Shown here: positions 10,974 to 21,736 of the stretch, piece by piece
How the letters are laid out: the number at the start of each line of letters is the position of its first letter
How positions within the stretch are numbered: position 1 is the first letter of the stretch
DNA from: Pseudomonadota bacterium
Lineage (GTDB): Bacteria; Campylobacterota; Campylobacteria; Campylobacterales; Sulfurimonadaceae
Assembly: GCA_043797085.1 (NCBI GenBank)
Contig: JAZDQA010000012.1
Span: forward strand, 126,883-190,882
Length of the DNA stretch: 64,000 nucleotides
Direction of reading: 5' to 3'
Program-made: the position numbers and the translations under genes
Notes under the pieces: generated by a model
Database searches by the model: none
What the model was told of the DNA's origin: nothing
Seen by the model: the letters and a program-made list of their open reading frames with translations, nothing else

Positions 10974-11873
10974 TTAGAGCTTTAAGCCCAATAAATACGT
11001 TACAACGTTATCAATAAAGGCATCATGCTTGCGCTCTTTGCTGTAAGCGATGTAAAACTTGCGTTTGATTTTAAAGTTTTTGATTCGCGCTTCAAATAAT
11101 TTCCCCTCTTCCACTTCATCTTGAATAACATGGCGAGAAATGACCGACACAACAGGACGTTCAGCATTTTTAGGAGAGCGAAGGATCGTCTCTTTGATCG
11201 CCGTAGAACTTGCTACTACACCGATTACGCTAAAACTGGAGCACTCGACACCGATCTCTTCAAAAACTTCCGCTGTCAGCTTGCGAGTATGCGAGTTTTC
11301 ATCACGGCAAATCCAATCGAATTTATATAAATCCTCTTTACGAAGCTGCTTAGGAATAGGTTGATTGGAAAAAATAACCAATTCATCTTCTTCCCATTCA
11401 CGGTAAATAATACCCTCTTTCATTACAGGCGACTCAATCAGCGCAATATCGATTTTTTTATCCATCAACTGATCGATAATATCTTCCGAAAGGGCAACAC
11501 GAATATGAACTTCATTGTTGATTTTATCTTTTAAAGCCGCGAGATACATTGGAAGAACATAGTTTCCAATGGCGTATGAGGCCCCTACAATAAAGGTGAA
11601 TTCTTTATTGATAATTTTCAGTAAATCTTTTTCACTGCTGAGAATAGCTTTTTCAAGTCTAATGGCAATTCGATAAAGATCCTCACCCTCTTTTGTAAGC
11701 TTAATCCCATTTTTTTTCCGCTCAACAATACGTGTATCAAGATAATCTTCAATAAATTTGATCTGTTGCGTTACCGCAGGTTGGGAAATTCCAAGCTTAG
11801 CAGATGCTTTTGAAAAGCTTTTTTCTTTGACCACCGTTAAGAAGGTCAAGAGTTTCGCAAAGTCTTTTAACAT
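10974..11873 (-). CDS. LysR-family transcriptional regulator
   Basis: N-terminal HTH SFSKASAKLGISQPAVTQQIK, 299 aa. Confidence 0.95.
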   Translation of the reverse strand: MLKDFAKLLTFLTVVKEKSFSKASAKLGISQPAVTQQIKFIEDYLDTRIVERKKNGIKLTKEGEDLYRIAIRLEKAILSSEKDLLKIINKEFTFIVGASYAIGNYVLPMYLAALKDKINNEVHIRVALSEDIIDQLMDKKIDIALIESPVMKEGIIYREWEEDELVIFSNQPIPKQLRKEDLYKFDWICRDENSHTRKLTAEVFEEIGVECSSFSVIGVVASSTAIKETILRSPKNAERPVVSVISRHVIQDEVEEGKLFEARIKNFKIKRKFYIAYSKERKHDAFIDNVVTYLLGLKL

Positions 11874-12010
11874 AATAATTCCTATAAGTAAAATATATGA
11901 CAGTATTATAACCTAGAATTATGACCTTTGCAAGCTGTTGCTATTTTTTCACACTTCGAGCGAAATTGAGCTATAATAAAACATCTAATGCAATGAAGGC
12001 TCTCTCGGAT

Positions 12011-14059
12011 ATGGATAAAATTTTTGATAGTCTCAATGATGCTCAACGATCGGCGGTTGAGACGATTGATGGTCCTTTACTCATCCTAGCAGGCGCAGGA
12101 AGCGGAAAAACTAAAACCATTACCTCGCGTCTCGCTTACCTACTCGATTCCGTAGGTGTTCCCTCCAGCCAAACCCTCACCCTGACGTTCACTAACAAGG
12201 CGGCCAAAGAGATGCGTGAGCGCGCAATGGGGCTTATCTCTCAAAAAAGCTATCCGCCATTACTGTGTACCTTTCATAAATTCGGCTTATTGTTTTTAAA
12301 ATTTCATATTCATCTACTGGGACGAAGCAATAGCTTTGTCGTAATTGACAGTGATGACAAAAAAAAGATTCTCAAAAAAATCAATGCAGATCTACCCACC
12401 GCACTTGTTGCCAGTGAAATTTCTCGTTATAAAAACTCATTAATTGCTCCGCAAGAGGCTTATGCACAAGCTGAACTTACCAACTACAAACATATCGCTA
12501 AAATTTACGAAGAGTACCAAGCCTATTTACTCGATAACAATTTAGTAGACTTTGATGATCTGCTATGTCTTACCTATAAACTGCTTGATGAAAACGATGA
12601 ACTTTGCACTCAAACCAGTGAAAAATACCGCTACATTATGATCGATGAGTACCAAGATACCAATGAACTGCAACTGCGGTTACTGCAAAAACTCTGCTCT
12701 ACCCACAATAATCTCTGTGTAGTTGGGGATGATGATCAAAGTATTTATGGATGGCGCGGGGCACACGTGCGTAATATTTTGGAGTTTGACCAAGACTTTC
12801 CCAATACCACCATCGTAAAACTTGAACATAACTACCGTTCCACGCAAGCCATTCTTACTGTTGCCAATTCACTCATCGAGCATAATCGATCCCGATTAGG
12901 TAAAACGCTTATTGCTACTAAAACCGGTGGGGAAGATGTCAAAATCCTTAGTGCACATGACGAGAGCGAAGAATCTCAAAAAGTAGCCAAAGAGATTCGC
13001 CGTCTCTTAGACAGTGGCGTACGCGCTAATGAAATTGCGGTACTGTACCGGATCAATGCCCTTAGTCGTTCTCTCGAAGAGGGTCTAAACCGTGCCGGAG
13101 TTGCCTACAAGCTCGTAGGTGGATTACGCTTTTATGACCGTGCCGAAGTCAAAGACTTGATCAGTTATTTGCGTGTTATCACCAATGTTCATGATAACTT
13201 TTCCCTCAAACGTATTATCAACAAGCCTAAACGAGGGTTAGGAAAAGCAACCATCGAAAAACTCGAACTCTCCGCAATGGCTGCGAGTAAATCGATGTTT
13301 GAATTTATTGACACCTTATCTGATGGTGAACTCGAAGGGTTAGCACGCAAAAAAAGTGTCGGTGAATTACGTAACTTTATCCGAGAAATCGTCGAATTAC
13401 GAGATATTGCCGAAGAAGCTATTTACCAATTTATCGATCAGCTTGAAAATCGTTTCAAAATCAAAGAAACACTCAAAGGGCTCCCCGATGAAGCCGATAA
13501 AATTTCCAATGTGGATGAATTTTATGGACTGTTTCGCGATTATGTCAAACAAAACCCTGAGACCTCACTCGCCGAATTTCTAAATGACATTACCCTCCAA
13601 AGCGACCAAGATCAAGTCGAAGGGGAGAGCATCTATATTATGAGTATTCACGCTTCAAAAGGATTGGAATTTGAGCACCTTTTTGTCATTGGAATGGAAG
13701 AGGGGTTTTTACCTCTAATCGGAGATGGAAGTGATTTGGAAGAGGAACGTCGCCTTGGATATGTTGCTTTTACCCGCGCTAAGAGCAATCTCACTTTATC
13801 AAGTGTCAACAGCCGTTTCTACAAAGGTCGTCGCACAGAACTGCAAAAAAGCCGTTTTATCAATGAGGCAGGTTTATGCGAGGGCTCACTTATTTTAGAA
13901 AAAAATACTGCTTACAAAAAAGGAGATTTAGTGCGCCATAAAATATTCGGTGCCGGACGAGTCGAGGGCGTGAGCAAATCAGGGCGCGAGTTTAAACTTC
14001 TCATCAACTTCGGCGGCAACAAACGTGATATTCTCGCCTCCTTCGTAGAGAAACTTTAA
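12011..14059 (+). CDS. uvrD: ATP-dependent DNA helicase, UvrD/PcrA/Rep family
   Basis: AGAGSGKT, DEYQD, VGDDDQSIY, HASKGLEF, EERRLGYVAFTRA; TATAAT at 11972-11977. Confidence 0.95.
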   Translation: MDKIFDSLNDAQRSAVETIDGPLLILAGAGSGKTKTITSRLAYLLDSVGVPSSQTLTLTFTNKAAKEMRERAMGLISQKSYPPLLCTFHKFGLLFLKFHIHLLGRSNSFVVIDSDDKKKILKKINADLPTALVASEISRYKNSLIAPQEAYAQAELTNYKHIAKIYEEYQAYLLDNNLVDFDDLLCLTYKLLDENDELCTQTSEKYRYIMIDEYQDTNELQLRLLQKLCSTHNNLCVVGDDDQSIYGWRGAHVRNILEFDQDFPNTTIVKLEHNYRSTQAILTVANSLIEHNRSRLGKTLIATKTGGEDVKILSAHDESEESQKVAKEIRRLLDSGVRANEIAVLYRINALSRSLEEGLNRAGVAYKLVGGLRFYDRAEVKDLISYLRVITNVHDNFSLKRIINKPKRGLGKATIEKLELSAMAASKSMFEFIDTLSDGELEGLARKKSVGELRNFIREIVELRDIAEEAIYQFIDQLENRFKIKETLKGLPDEADKISNVDEFYGLFRDYVKQNPETSLAEFLNDITLQSDQDQVEGESIYIMSIHASKGLEFEHLFVIGMEEGFLPLIGDGSDLEEERRLGYVAFTRAKSNLTLSSVNSRFYKGRRTELQKSRFINEAGLCEGSLILEKNTAYKKGDLVRHKIFGAGRVEGVSKSGREFKLLINFGGNKRDILASFVEKL

Positions 14060-14881
14060 TTGAATCGTCTTTTTGTAGCCTATAAGCCCGCAGGGATAAG
14101 TTCTAACCATTTTTTAGGGCGGCTAAAACGTCGGTATGGAGTCAAAAAAGCAGGATTTTCAGGAACACTCGACCCTTTTGCAAAAGGGGTTTTAATTGTC
14201 GCTTTTGGCAATCACGGTCGCCTCTTTCGTTTTTTAAACAAAACTCCCAAGCGCTATCGTGCAACGCTGTGGCTGGGTGCATATTCCCCAACATTGGATA
14301 TTGAAGGGGTAGAAGAGATTGAAACGCTCGAAGCTTTTCCTGTTGAAAAAATAGAAACTGTTATTGCCTCACTTCAAGGAGAACTCAGCTACCTTCCACC
14401 CAAATTCAGTGCAAAACGGCTTAATGGAAGACGTGCCTACGAATTTGCAAGAGCCGGTATTGATGTGGAGCTAAAAACCATTACATCCACAATTCATGAA
14501 ATAAAAATGCTCCACTATTGTCACCCCTTTGTCACCTTCGAAGCAAGCGTTTCGGAGGGGAGCTATATTCGTTCATTGGGTGAAATGGTTGCAGATGCTC
14601 TTGGATGCTCAGGCTCACTTAGCGCATTAGAACGTTTGAGTGAAGGACAGTTTGTATTCGATAATGAAAATGCAATCGACATAAAAACAGGACTTGGAAT
14701 CCCTAAAAATCGGTATAATGGCACAAAAGAAACCATTCTTTTAGGTCAACCATTAGAGCGATCACTTTTTGAGATAAACGAAAATGGAACCTACTGGATT
14801 GATAACGATGAAACAATCTCCATTGTTGAGATTGCCGATGATAAGGTTCACTATATTCTCAATAAGGTTGAGGCATGCTAA
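14060..14881 (+). CDS. truB: tRNA pseudouridine(55) synthase
   Basis: GFSGTLDPFAKG, PPKFSAK, SEGSYIRSL. Confidence 0.95.
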   Translation: MNRLFVAYKPAGISSNHFLGRLKRRYGVKKAGFSGTLDPFAKGVLIVAFGNHGRLFRFLNKTPKRYRATLWLGAYSPTLDIEGVEEIETLEAFPVEKIETVIASLQGELSYLPPKFSAKRLNGRRAYEFARAGIDVELKTITSTIHEIKMLHYCHPFVTFEASVSEGSYIRSLGEMVADALGCSGSLSALERLSEGQFVFDNENAIDIKTGLGIPKNRYNGTKETILLGQPLERSLFEINENGTYWIDNDETISIVEIADDKVHYILNKVEAC

Positions 14882-15105
14882 TACTTTCACGAAAACTTGA
14901 TGAATCCATCCTTATTGGGGATTCAATAATGATCAAAGTAGTCGCCATTGATAAAGGAGTCGTTAAACTCGGTATTGATGCTCCTGCTCATATTCGAGTA
15001 CTGCGAAGTGAACTCATCCGTGCAGTGGAAGATTCGAACAAAGCAGCTTCCATTGAGCATGATGAATCACTTTTACATCAACTTGCCAAAAAATTCAAAC
15101 TATGA
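14875..15105 (+). CDS. csrA: Carbon storage regulator
   Basis: MLILSRK...VKLGIDAP...LRSEL. Confidence 0.95.
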   Translation: MLILSRKLDESILIGDSIMIKVVAIDKGVVKLGIDAPAHIRVLRSELIRAVEDSNKAASIEHDESLLHQLAKKFKL

Positions 15106-15869
15106 CACGCTACAAAGCCTTTGCAAAGGTCAATATTTTTTTAAAAATCACAGGGATACGAGGAAACTACCACACGATCACCTCACGATTTATGCGAGTA
15201 TCCTCTCTTTTTGACACCCTGTGGTTTGAACCGAAATTAACCCCTGAATTTGAAATCAGAGGAAATTTTGACTGTGAGATACATTCTAACACCATTTACA
15301 AAGCTTATAAACACCTCCTTACCTATACACGCTCAAATGCGCTATCAACCCTAATGGAAGAGAATGCCGTATGCGTTGATAAGCAAATTCCTTCGTATGC
15401 AGGGTTAGGCGGTGGAAGTTCTGATGCCGCCACCTATCTTCATCTGTGCAATGACACTCTCCATCTGGGATTAAGCATCGAAGAACTCTCCGAAATCGGC
15501 TCCGCCGTAGGTGCCGATGTCCCCTTTTTCGTTTATGGCTACGAGAGTGCCAACGTCAGCGGAATCGGAGAGATTGTTCAGCCGTATAACGAGAAACTCA
15601 TTGATTTTGAAACGATTACCCCGCCCATCCAAATCAGTACCCCTGCGGTTTATCGCTACTATCGTGACCATCTCTATGCTCCCATCAGTACCGAGGAAGC
15701 AATCCGTCTTGAATCAACACCTTCTTTGGATATTCTAGCCTCAATGAATGCCAAAGAGGCAAATGACCTTTATGGTGCAGCACTTGGATGTTATCCTGAA
15801 CTTACCGAAAAAGAGGGATGGTTTTTCAGCGGCAGCGGCAGCAGTTTTTTTAGACTAAAGGATAGATAA
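15102..15869 (+). CDS. ispE: 4-diphosphocytidyl-2-C-methyl-D-erythritol kinase
   Basis: [32 protein letters not shown]. Confidence 0.95.
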   Translation: MTRYKAFAKVNIFLKITGIRGNYHTITSRFMRVSSLFDTLWFEPKLTPEFEIRGNFDCEIHSNTIYKAYKHLLTYTRSNALSTLMEENAVCVDKQIPSYAGLGGGSSDAATYLHLCNDTLHLGLSIEELSEIGSAVGADVPFFVYGYESANVSGIGEIVQPYNEKLIDFETITPPIQISTPAVYRYYRDHLYAPISTEEAIRLESTPSLDILASMNAKEANDLYGAALGCYPELTEKEGWFFSGSGSSFFRLKDR

Positions 15870-15871
15870 TC

Positions 15872-16324
15872 ATGGGCGAAAACATAGCCACCAATAAAAA
15901 AGCCTTTTTTGACTACCACATCGAAGAGAAATTCGAAGCAGGTCTTGTCCTTCACGGCTCTGAAGTCAAAGCACTGCGGGCAGGACGGGTCAACCTCAAA
16001 GAGGGGTTTATTAAAATCGTTCGAGGGGAAGCCTTTTTATTTAATGTCCATATCGGTGTACTCGCGACAACGCACCATTTTTATGCGCATGAAGAACGGG
16101 GAAGCCGAAAACTCCTTTTGCACAAAAAACAAATTGACAAGATGTTCAAAGCAGTCGAAAAAGAAGGCTTCACACTTGTTCCACTCAGCATCTATCTCAA
16201 TGATCGAAATATTTTTAAAATGCAAGTTGCTATTGCAAAAGGAAAAAAACTCTACGACAAACGAGAGGACTTAAAAGAAAAAAGTCTTAAGCGGGATATG
16301 GAACGAGCACTCAAAGGAGAATAG
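15872..16324 (+). CDS. smpB: SsrA-binding protein
   Basis: [36 protein letters not shown]. Confidence 0.97.
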   Translation: MGENIATNKKAFFDYHIEEKFEAGLVLHGSEVKALRAGRVNLKEGFIKIVRGEAFLFNVHIGVLATTHHFYAHEERGSRKLLLHKKQIDKMFKAVEKEGFTLVPLSIYLNDRNIFKMQVAIAKGKKLYDKREDLKEKSLKRDMERALKGE

Positions 16325-16327
16325 CAC

Positions 16328-17161
16328 ATGGTCACAATGAACGGCGTCACCCTGCATGATCTGCACTTCAAAGATCTTCAAAATCCAATCCATCCTTCTG
16401 TTTACGAAAGCTTTAGTGATTACCAAATATTGATCCTTAGATTACCCGAATTATGGGAGGGCAAATCGAGTATCCTCTCTCTGCGATTACCGGAATTTTG
16501 GGAAGCCAAAGGAAAGTTTCTCTCTTATGGTTTTGTCATTAGTCCAAAGGGAGTCTGCTATTACGATAAAAAAACCAATTCTTTCATTAATTACTCCGAA
16601 GGGATGAAAGATTTGTATCATTTTTTAGATACAAAGATTGATGCCCTAATGGAGGATATGGACATGGCTCAAGAGAAAATTGCTTTTCTTGAAGAGGGGT
16701 TGTATAAAAAACACAATAGTGCTCTTATGGATCGATGGCATACCCTTAAAAAAGAGCTTTCACGTTCTGAGCGAGTTATTGTAAAAGCAGTGGACACCTT
16801 AGGACAATTTATCATAAAATCAAAACTCACAGAAGAATCGTTAGAGAATGAATTCAATGATCTTCATGAGCATCTCGAGCGAACGCTTCGTTCCACAATT
16901 TCTGCTAATAACCAGCTCGATGATTTATACCGCTACTATAACCTTCGATCCAACGATCGGATGAATCGCAGTATCTACGTCCTCACGATTGTTTCGGTCA
17001 TTTTTTTACCTCTTAATCTTGCGGTTGGTTTTTTCGGAATGAATACAGGTGGATTGCCATTTCAGGACATAAGCTTTGGAACCGTATATGCGCTTGAAAG
17101 TATGATTATTTTTGCTATATTGCTCATTGGTGCAGTGATTTGGAAAATAAAACAAGAATAA
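16328..17161 (+). CDS. CorA-family divalent cation transporter
   Basis: C-terminal TM pair with FLPL...GFFGMN signature. Confidence 0.9.
   Translation: MVTMNGVTLHDLHFKDLQNPIHPSVYESFSDYQILILRLPELWEGKSSILSLRLPEFWEAKGKFLSYGFVISPKGVCYYDKKTNSFINYSEGMKDLYHFLDTKIDALMEDMDMAQEKIAFLEEGLYKKHNSALMDRWHTLKKELSRSERVIVKAVDTLGQFIIKSKLTEESLENEFNDLHEHLERTLRSTISANNQLDDLYRYYNLRSNDRMNRSIYVLTIVSVIFLPLNLAVGFFGMNTGGLPFQDISFGTVYALESMIIFAILLIGAVIWKIKQE
16436..16525 (+). repeat. In-frame degenerate 45-bp tandem duplication inside the CorA-family gene
   Basis: LRLPELWEGKSSILS / LRLPEFWEAKGKFLS. Confidence 0.85.
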
Positions 17162-17173
17162 GATAAATGTTTT

Positions 17174-17194
17174 CCCGCATCCGTAAGATGCGGG
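17174..17194. terminator. Hairpin between convergent corA and rplS, probable bidirectional terminator
   Basis: CCCGCATC-CGTAA-GATGCGGG perfect 8-bp stem. Confidence 0.65.
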
Positions 17195-17223
17195 TAATTT
17201 TGGGGAAGATATTCGTTTTAGTT

Positions 17224-17598
17224 TTAAACGTTACTTGTCTTAGGGCGACGAATTTCTTTGATACGTGCTTTTTTACCAGCAAGGTCACGAAGATAGAACA
17301 ATTTCGCACGACGAACACGACCACGGCGAAGTACTTCGATTTTTTCTAAGCTATCGCTGTAGATTGGGAATACACGCTCGATACCGATAGCATTTGCTCC
17401 GATTTTACGAACAGTAATAGTACGGCCAGTGCCTTCTCCACGAATAGAGATACATACACCCTCATAACTTTGCACACGAGTTTTTTCACCCTCTGTAATG
17501 CTAACAGCAAGACGAAGTGTATCGCCTGCACGGAATAAAGGAATATCTTTCCCAGCGATTTGTGCTTGCTCGAAGCTAGCAATGTATTTATTTTTCAT
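17224..17598 (-). CDS. rplS: 50S ribosomal protein L19
   Basis: [26 protein letters not shown]. Confidence 0.98.
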   Translation of the reverse strand: MKNKYIASFEQAQIAGKDIPLFRAGDTLRLAVSITEGEKTRVQSYEGVCISIRGEGTGRTITVRKIGANAIGIERVFPIYSDSLEKIEVLRRGRVRRAKLFYLRDLAGKKARIKEIRRPKTSNV

Positions 17599-18283
17599 AA
17601 GAAGTCCTTATTTTATGCTTTAGTAGCTGTTCAGGTCTGAAATATTTTGTTTTACATTCAGACATAGCTAATTTTAGTGCTAGAATTTTACTGTGATTTC
17701 CCTTTAAATATTCTGATGGAACACCCATTTGCTCATAAATAGCTGGTTTTCCAAAAGAAGGTGCTTCTAAAAGTGGCGTTTCAAAGCTTTCATATTCAAG
17801 TGATTCACTGTTTCCAAGAACGCCGTCAATATTTCTAACAATAGCATCGCTCATAACAAGCGATGGAAGTTCACCACCGGTGAGAACATAATCACCGATA
17901 CTAAACACTTCATCCGCAAAGGATTCAATCACACGTTCATCGATTCCCTCGTACCGTCCGCTAACAAAAACAACATGCTCTCTCAAAGCAAGACGCTTGG
18001 CATCGTTTTGGGTAAATTGCTTCCCAACGGGTGCTGCAAAAATGATATACGCATCGTCATCCAACGTATTAAGCGCATCAAAAAGAGGCTGAGGGGTCAT
18101 AACCATCCCAGCACCTCCACCTACTGCCGTATCATCAACCTTGGAGTGTTTTGATGCACTGTAATCTCTAGGATTGAGATACGCTACTTCAAACTTTCCT
18201 GATTCAATGGCGCGCTTCAAAATAGAATCTTGAAAATAACCTTCTATCAGATTAGAGAAAAGGGTAACATACGTGAATCGCAT
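17588..18283 (-). CDS. trmD: tRNA (guanine-N1)-methyltransferase
   Basis: [29 protein letters not shown]. Confidence 0.97.
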   Translation of the reverse strand: MRFTYVTLFSNLIEGYFQDSILKRAIESGKFEVAYLNPRDYSASKHSKVDDTAVGGGAGMVMTPQPLFDALNTLDDDAYIIFAAPVGKQFTQNDAKRLALREHVVFVSGRYEGIDERVIESFADEVFSIGDYVLTGGELPSLVMSDAIVRNIDGVLGNSESLEYESFETPLLEAPSFGKPAIYEQMGVPSEYLKGNHSKILALKLAMSECKTKYFRPEQLLKHKIRTSYEK

Positions 18284-18838
18284 TTATGATGCCTCAAGTA
18301 AATCGACACCACCGTCTACACTTATTTTCTTCATCTCTAAATCAATTTTTAGTACAAAACGATCAATATAAGGGATTAGAAACGTAGCAGGAAACTCTTG
18401 TAAAACCAAAGCATTATCCGTCTTAATAAACAGGTAATCCTGTGGTCCAATCCGCTCAACTTCAATAACGGTTCCCAAAAGTTTTTCACCTTCAAAGACA
18501 TTAAGTCCCGGTAAATCAAACCAAAAGAACTCCCCCTCAGCAAGCTTACAACGATCACGAGTTGCTTCATGTGTGGTAAATAGCTTTGCATTAGTCAGAG
18601 CTTTTGCCGTTTCGGGGATATCGTATCCCACAATATGCGCAAGCTCTCGATCAGGGTTATAACTTTGGAGAGTTATGGTTTTACCGTTTTCTAAATCAAA
18701 GGCTGCACCTTTGGCAAATTGTTCCGGAAAATCCGTATGAAGATTGAGTTTTATATCGCCCTTAAGTCCTACTACGCGACCCAGTGTGGCGACATGTAGA
18801 AGATCAGGATTAGGAGAATTACGAAAGCGGTTCGACAT
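18284..18838 (-). CDS. rimM: Ribosome maturation factor RimM
   Basis: GRVVGLKG, EGEFFWFDL, FLIPY; position before trmD; start approximate. Confidence 0.92.
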   Translation of the reverse strand: MSNRFRNSPNPDLLHVATLGRVVGLKGDIKLNLHTDFPEQFAKGAAFDLENGKTITLQSYNPDRELAHIVGYDIPETAKALTNAKLFTTHEATRDRCKLAEGEFFWFDLPGLNVFEGEKLLGTVIEVERIGPQDYLFIKTDNALVLQEFPATFLIPYIDRFVLKIDLEMKKISVDGGVDLLEAS

Positions 18839-19058
18839 TGATACGATAACTCTTTCCATCTTTGGCCTTACAACCAGAAATGACAGTTTTGATCGCACCG
18901 ATCATCTTTCCCTCTTTACCGATGAGCTTACCTACATCGGCTTGATTAGCGTACAATAAAATTTCTGTTACTTCATCGCGCTCGTAAAATTCCACTCGAA
19001 CATCCTCAGGATAGGTGGCAACTAGCTTGGCAAAACCAGCGACGAAGTCAGCAATCAT
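18819..19058 (-). CDS. khpA: KH-domain RNA-binding protein (KhpA/YlqC)
   Basis: DVGKLIGKEG motif; between rpsP and rimM. Confidence 0.88.
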   Translation of the reverse strand: MIADFVAGFAKLVATYPEDVRVEFYERDEVTEILLYANQADVGKLIGKEGKMIGAIKTVISGCKAKDGKSYRINVEPLS

Positions 19059-19060
19059 AC

Positions 19061-19291
19061 TTATTTACCTGTAATTTTTTTAACGCGATCTGACATTTGA
19101 GCACCAACGCTCATCCAATACGTAAGACGCTCTTCATCAACTTTAACCGTAATAGGGTCAGTCATTGGGTTATAATAACCGATCAATTCAATCCAACCAC
19201 CATCACGACGCTTACGGCTGTCTGTTACTGCGATACGGTAGAAAGGTTGTTTTTTACGACCCATACGGGTTAGACGAATGACTGTTGCCAT
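19061..19291 (-). CDS. rpsP: 30S ribosomal protein S16
   Basis: [21 protein letters not shown]. Confidence 0.98.
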   Translation of the reverse strand: MATVIRLTRMGRKKQPFYRIAVTDSRKRRDGGWIELIGYYNPMTDPITVKVDEERLTYWMSVGAQMSDRVKKITGK

Positions 19292-19420
19292 TTTAGATCC
19301 TTTTAAATAATATTTTGCGCACAGTTACTTTGAAGAGTGTTTTGCCCATAAAAGCAAAAAAAAACCACAAAATGACTAGAACGCTAAGTCAGAGATTTCG
19401 AAAAATCTCCTGCTTAACGT

Positions 19421-20767
19421 TTAGCGTGGAATCCGCTGACCTTGCATTTGCCCCATCATGCTTTGCAAATCTTTCATCCCCTGTTTACCAGAAAATCTTT
19501 TTGCCATTTTAGAAGCATTTTTAAACTGCTTCAGAATACGGTTAACATCTACGATATTCAAACCGCATCCCATAGCCAAACGTGCTTTTCGGCTATTGTT
19601 CAGCAATTCAGGATCTTCACGTTCTTTCATCGTCATCGATGAGACCAATGCTTTAATCCGTTTCAACTCGCCTGAGTTTTCCAGATCAAAATCTTTGAGC
19701 GCCGATGCCATGCCACCCATCCCGGGAATCATTCCCATAATGGATTTCATGCTCCCCATTTTTTTGAGGCTTTCCATTTGCTCTAGGAAGTCATTAAAAT
19801 TGAACTCCCCTTTTTTGATCTTTTTGGTGAGCTGTTTTGCTTTTTTTTCATCGATGATTGAAGCCGTTTTTTCCGCAAGCCCTTCAATATCCCCAAGCCC
19901 CATAAGGCGGTTGACGATACGGTCGGGTAAGAAGATTTCCAAATCTTCCATCTTCTCACCTGCACCGATAAAGCGTAACGGCACTTGAATCTGAGAGGCG
20001 ATACCCAGTGCAACACCACCCTTAGAATCTCCATCGTATTTGGTGAGGATGACTCCATCGATACCGATTTTTTGGTTAAACAAATCCGCAGTACGCACCG
20101 CATCTTGACCTGCTAACGAATCGGCAACATAGAAAATTTCATGAGGGCTTGCAGCACGCTTGACCTCAGCTAACTCATCCATAAGGGCATCATCAATCGC
20201 TAAACGTCCTGCCGTGTCAATCAACACAACATCAACAAGAAGTTTTTGAGCATAGGCAATAGCACCCTTGACTACGTCAGCTGGGTTTTTGGTTGTTTCA
20301 TCGCTGTAAAGCTCAACTTCAATCCCTGCGCACACTTGACGAAGCTGCTCTACCGCCGCAAGACGCTGTAAGTCTGCCGCAACAACCAAGACCCTTTTCT
20401 TTTGACGAATCTTGAGGTAATTTGCAAGCTTACCCGTCGTGGTTGTTTTCCCTGAACCTTGCAAGCCGGTCATCAAAATAACCGTAGGCGATTGTGGTGC
20501 GTATACGAAGCCCGAATTTCCCTTGACCTTCAAAAGCTCATACAATGAACTTCGAAGCGCATCTAGAAATTGATCTTTACCGATACCGTTTTGTTTTACT
20601 TGAAGTTCAACCGAATCAATAAGATCTTTCACCACTTTGTGATGAACATCTGCTTTTAATAACGCTTTCTTAAGCTCGCCCAATGCCTTGGTGAGTGCTT
20701 TTTCATCGTCATGAAAACGAATCTTGCGTATGGCAGATGTAAATGATTCGGTGAGCGTATCAAACAC
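19421..20767 (-). CDS. ffh: Signal recognition particle protein
   Basis: GLQGSGKTTT, DTAGR, TKYDGD, Met-rich M domain. Confidence 0.98.
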   Translation of the reverse strand: MFDTLTESFTSAIRKIRFHDDEKALTKALGELKKALLKADVHHKVVKDLIDSVELQVKQNGIGKDQFLDALRSSLYELLKVKGNSGFVYAPQSPTVILMTGLQGSGKTTTTGKLANYLKIRQKKRVLVVAADLQRLAAVEQLRQVCAGIEVELYSDETTKNPADVVKGAIAYAQKLLVDVVLIDTAGRLAIDDALMDELAEVKRAASPHEIFYVADSLAGQDAVRTADLFNQKIGIDGVILTKYDGDSKGGVALGIASQIQVPLRFIGAGEKMEDLEIFLPDRIVNRLMGLGDIEGLAEKTASIIDEKKAKQLTKKIKKGEFNFNDFLEQMESLKKMGSMKSIMGMIPGMGGMASALKDFDLENSGELKRIKALVSSMTMKEREDPELLNNSRKARLAMGCGLNIVDVNRILKQFKNASKMAKRFSGKQGMKDLQSMMGQMQGQRIPR

Positions 20768-20848
20768 TTGAACTCCTAAATAGTACGGTTACAGGGTATA
20801 AAAAGTTTCGCATTATAGCTAAAGTTGCCTTTAGCTACGCTTTTTATT

Positions 20849-20923
20849 TTGAACGCCGTTAGAGCAAAGCTCCAACGTCTACGCTAGCCGCTATGGCACT
20901 AAAGCTTGCCTTTTCAAGGCAGA
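20849..20923 (-). repeat. Dispersed hairpin element, subfamily 1, copy B
   Basis: Minus strand: TCTGCCTT-GAA-AAGGCAAGCTTTAGTGCCATAGCGGCTAGCGTAG-ACGTTGGAGC-TTT-GCTCTAACGG-CGTTCAA. Confidence 0.9.
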
Positions 20924-20944
20924 TAAAAGTCAAAAAATTTAACC

Positions 20945-21682
20945 TCAACTACCGAAATGTCCAAATATTTTAGGCTCTGACGCTATAAATGTCAATCCCA
21001 GAATCTCCACTTTTTTAGCGTGTAACATAACGCGCTTCGCCTGACGTCCACCGTAGCTCTCATCGCCTACTATCGGATGAAGCGCGTATTTCATGTGTGC
21101 ACGGATTTGGTGCGTTCGTCCATGATGGATAATCAGTTGAACTTTCGTCTTTTTTCCTGATACTTCCAGAGGGGTTACTTCGGTAATCGCGGGCTTACCG
21201 TTTTTGGCTACTTTCGTATACGCCTTGTTCCCTTTTTTCTCCGTAATAAGAGGCTGGTCGATGACAAACGGCTCACTTATGATACCATCTACCCATGCGA
21301 CATACTCTTTATAGACGTTATCTTTTTTAAACTCGCCGATAGCTTTGAGGCGGTATTCCTCATTTTTAACCAACATCAAGACGCCACTTGTTTCACGGTC
21401 AAGTCTGTGAAGAAGCTGTGAACCTTTAAATTGTCGCTCAATCTCATCGGAGTTGACAAAGGCAGGCTTATCAATGACAATCAGATTGTCATCTTCGTAT
21501 ATCGGGTGAGCTTTTTCTACCTTTTGAACGATAAAAGTGGTTTTAGCACTGATTTCACCCCGCGCGATCAACACCTTGGAATTACCCACATAGACCAATC
21601 CACGGTCAATTAGTGATTTTGCTTCGGAATTGCTGATTCCCTCTTGTGCTGCTAAGAGCTTGTATGCTTTTGGTTTTTCCAT
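20945..21682 (-). CDS. RluA-family pseudouridine synthase with S4 domain
   Basis: HRLDRETSG, GRTHQIR. Confidence 0.92.
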   Translation of the reverse strand: MEKPKAYKLLAAQEGISNSEAKSLIDRGLVYVGNSKVLIARGEISAKTTFIVQKVEKAHPIYEDDNLIVIDKPAFVNSDEIERQFKGSQLLHRLDRETSGVLMLVKNEEYRLKAIGEFKKDNVYKEYVAWVDGIISEPFVIDQPLITEKKGNKAYTKVAKNGKPAITEVTPLEVSGKKTKVQLIIHHGRTHQIRAHMKYALHPIVGDESYGGRQAKRVMLHAKKVEILGLTFIASEPKIFGHFGS

Positions 21683-21736
21683 TTTATCGTCCTCAGGTTG
21701 ATTTTCAATCCGTTTATTTTTGGAATTATAGCACTA

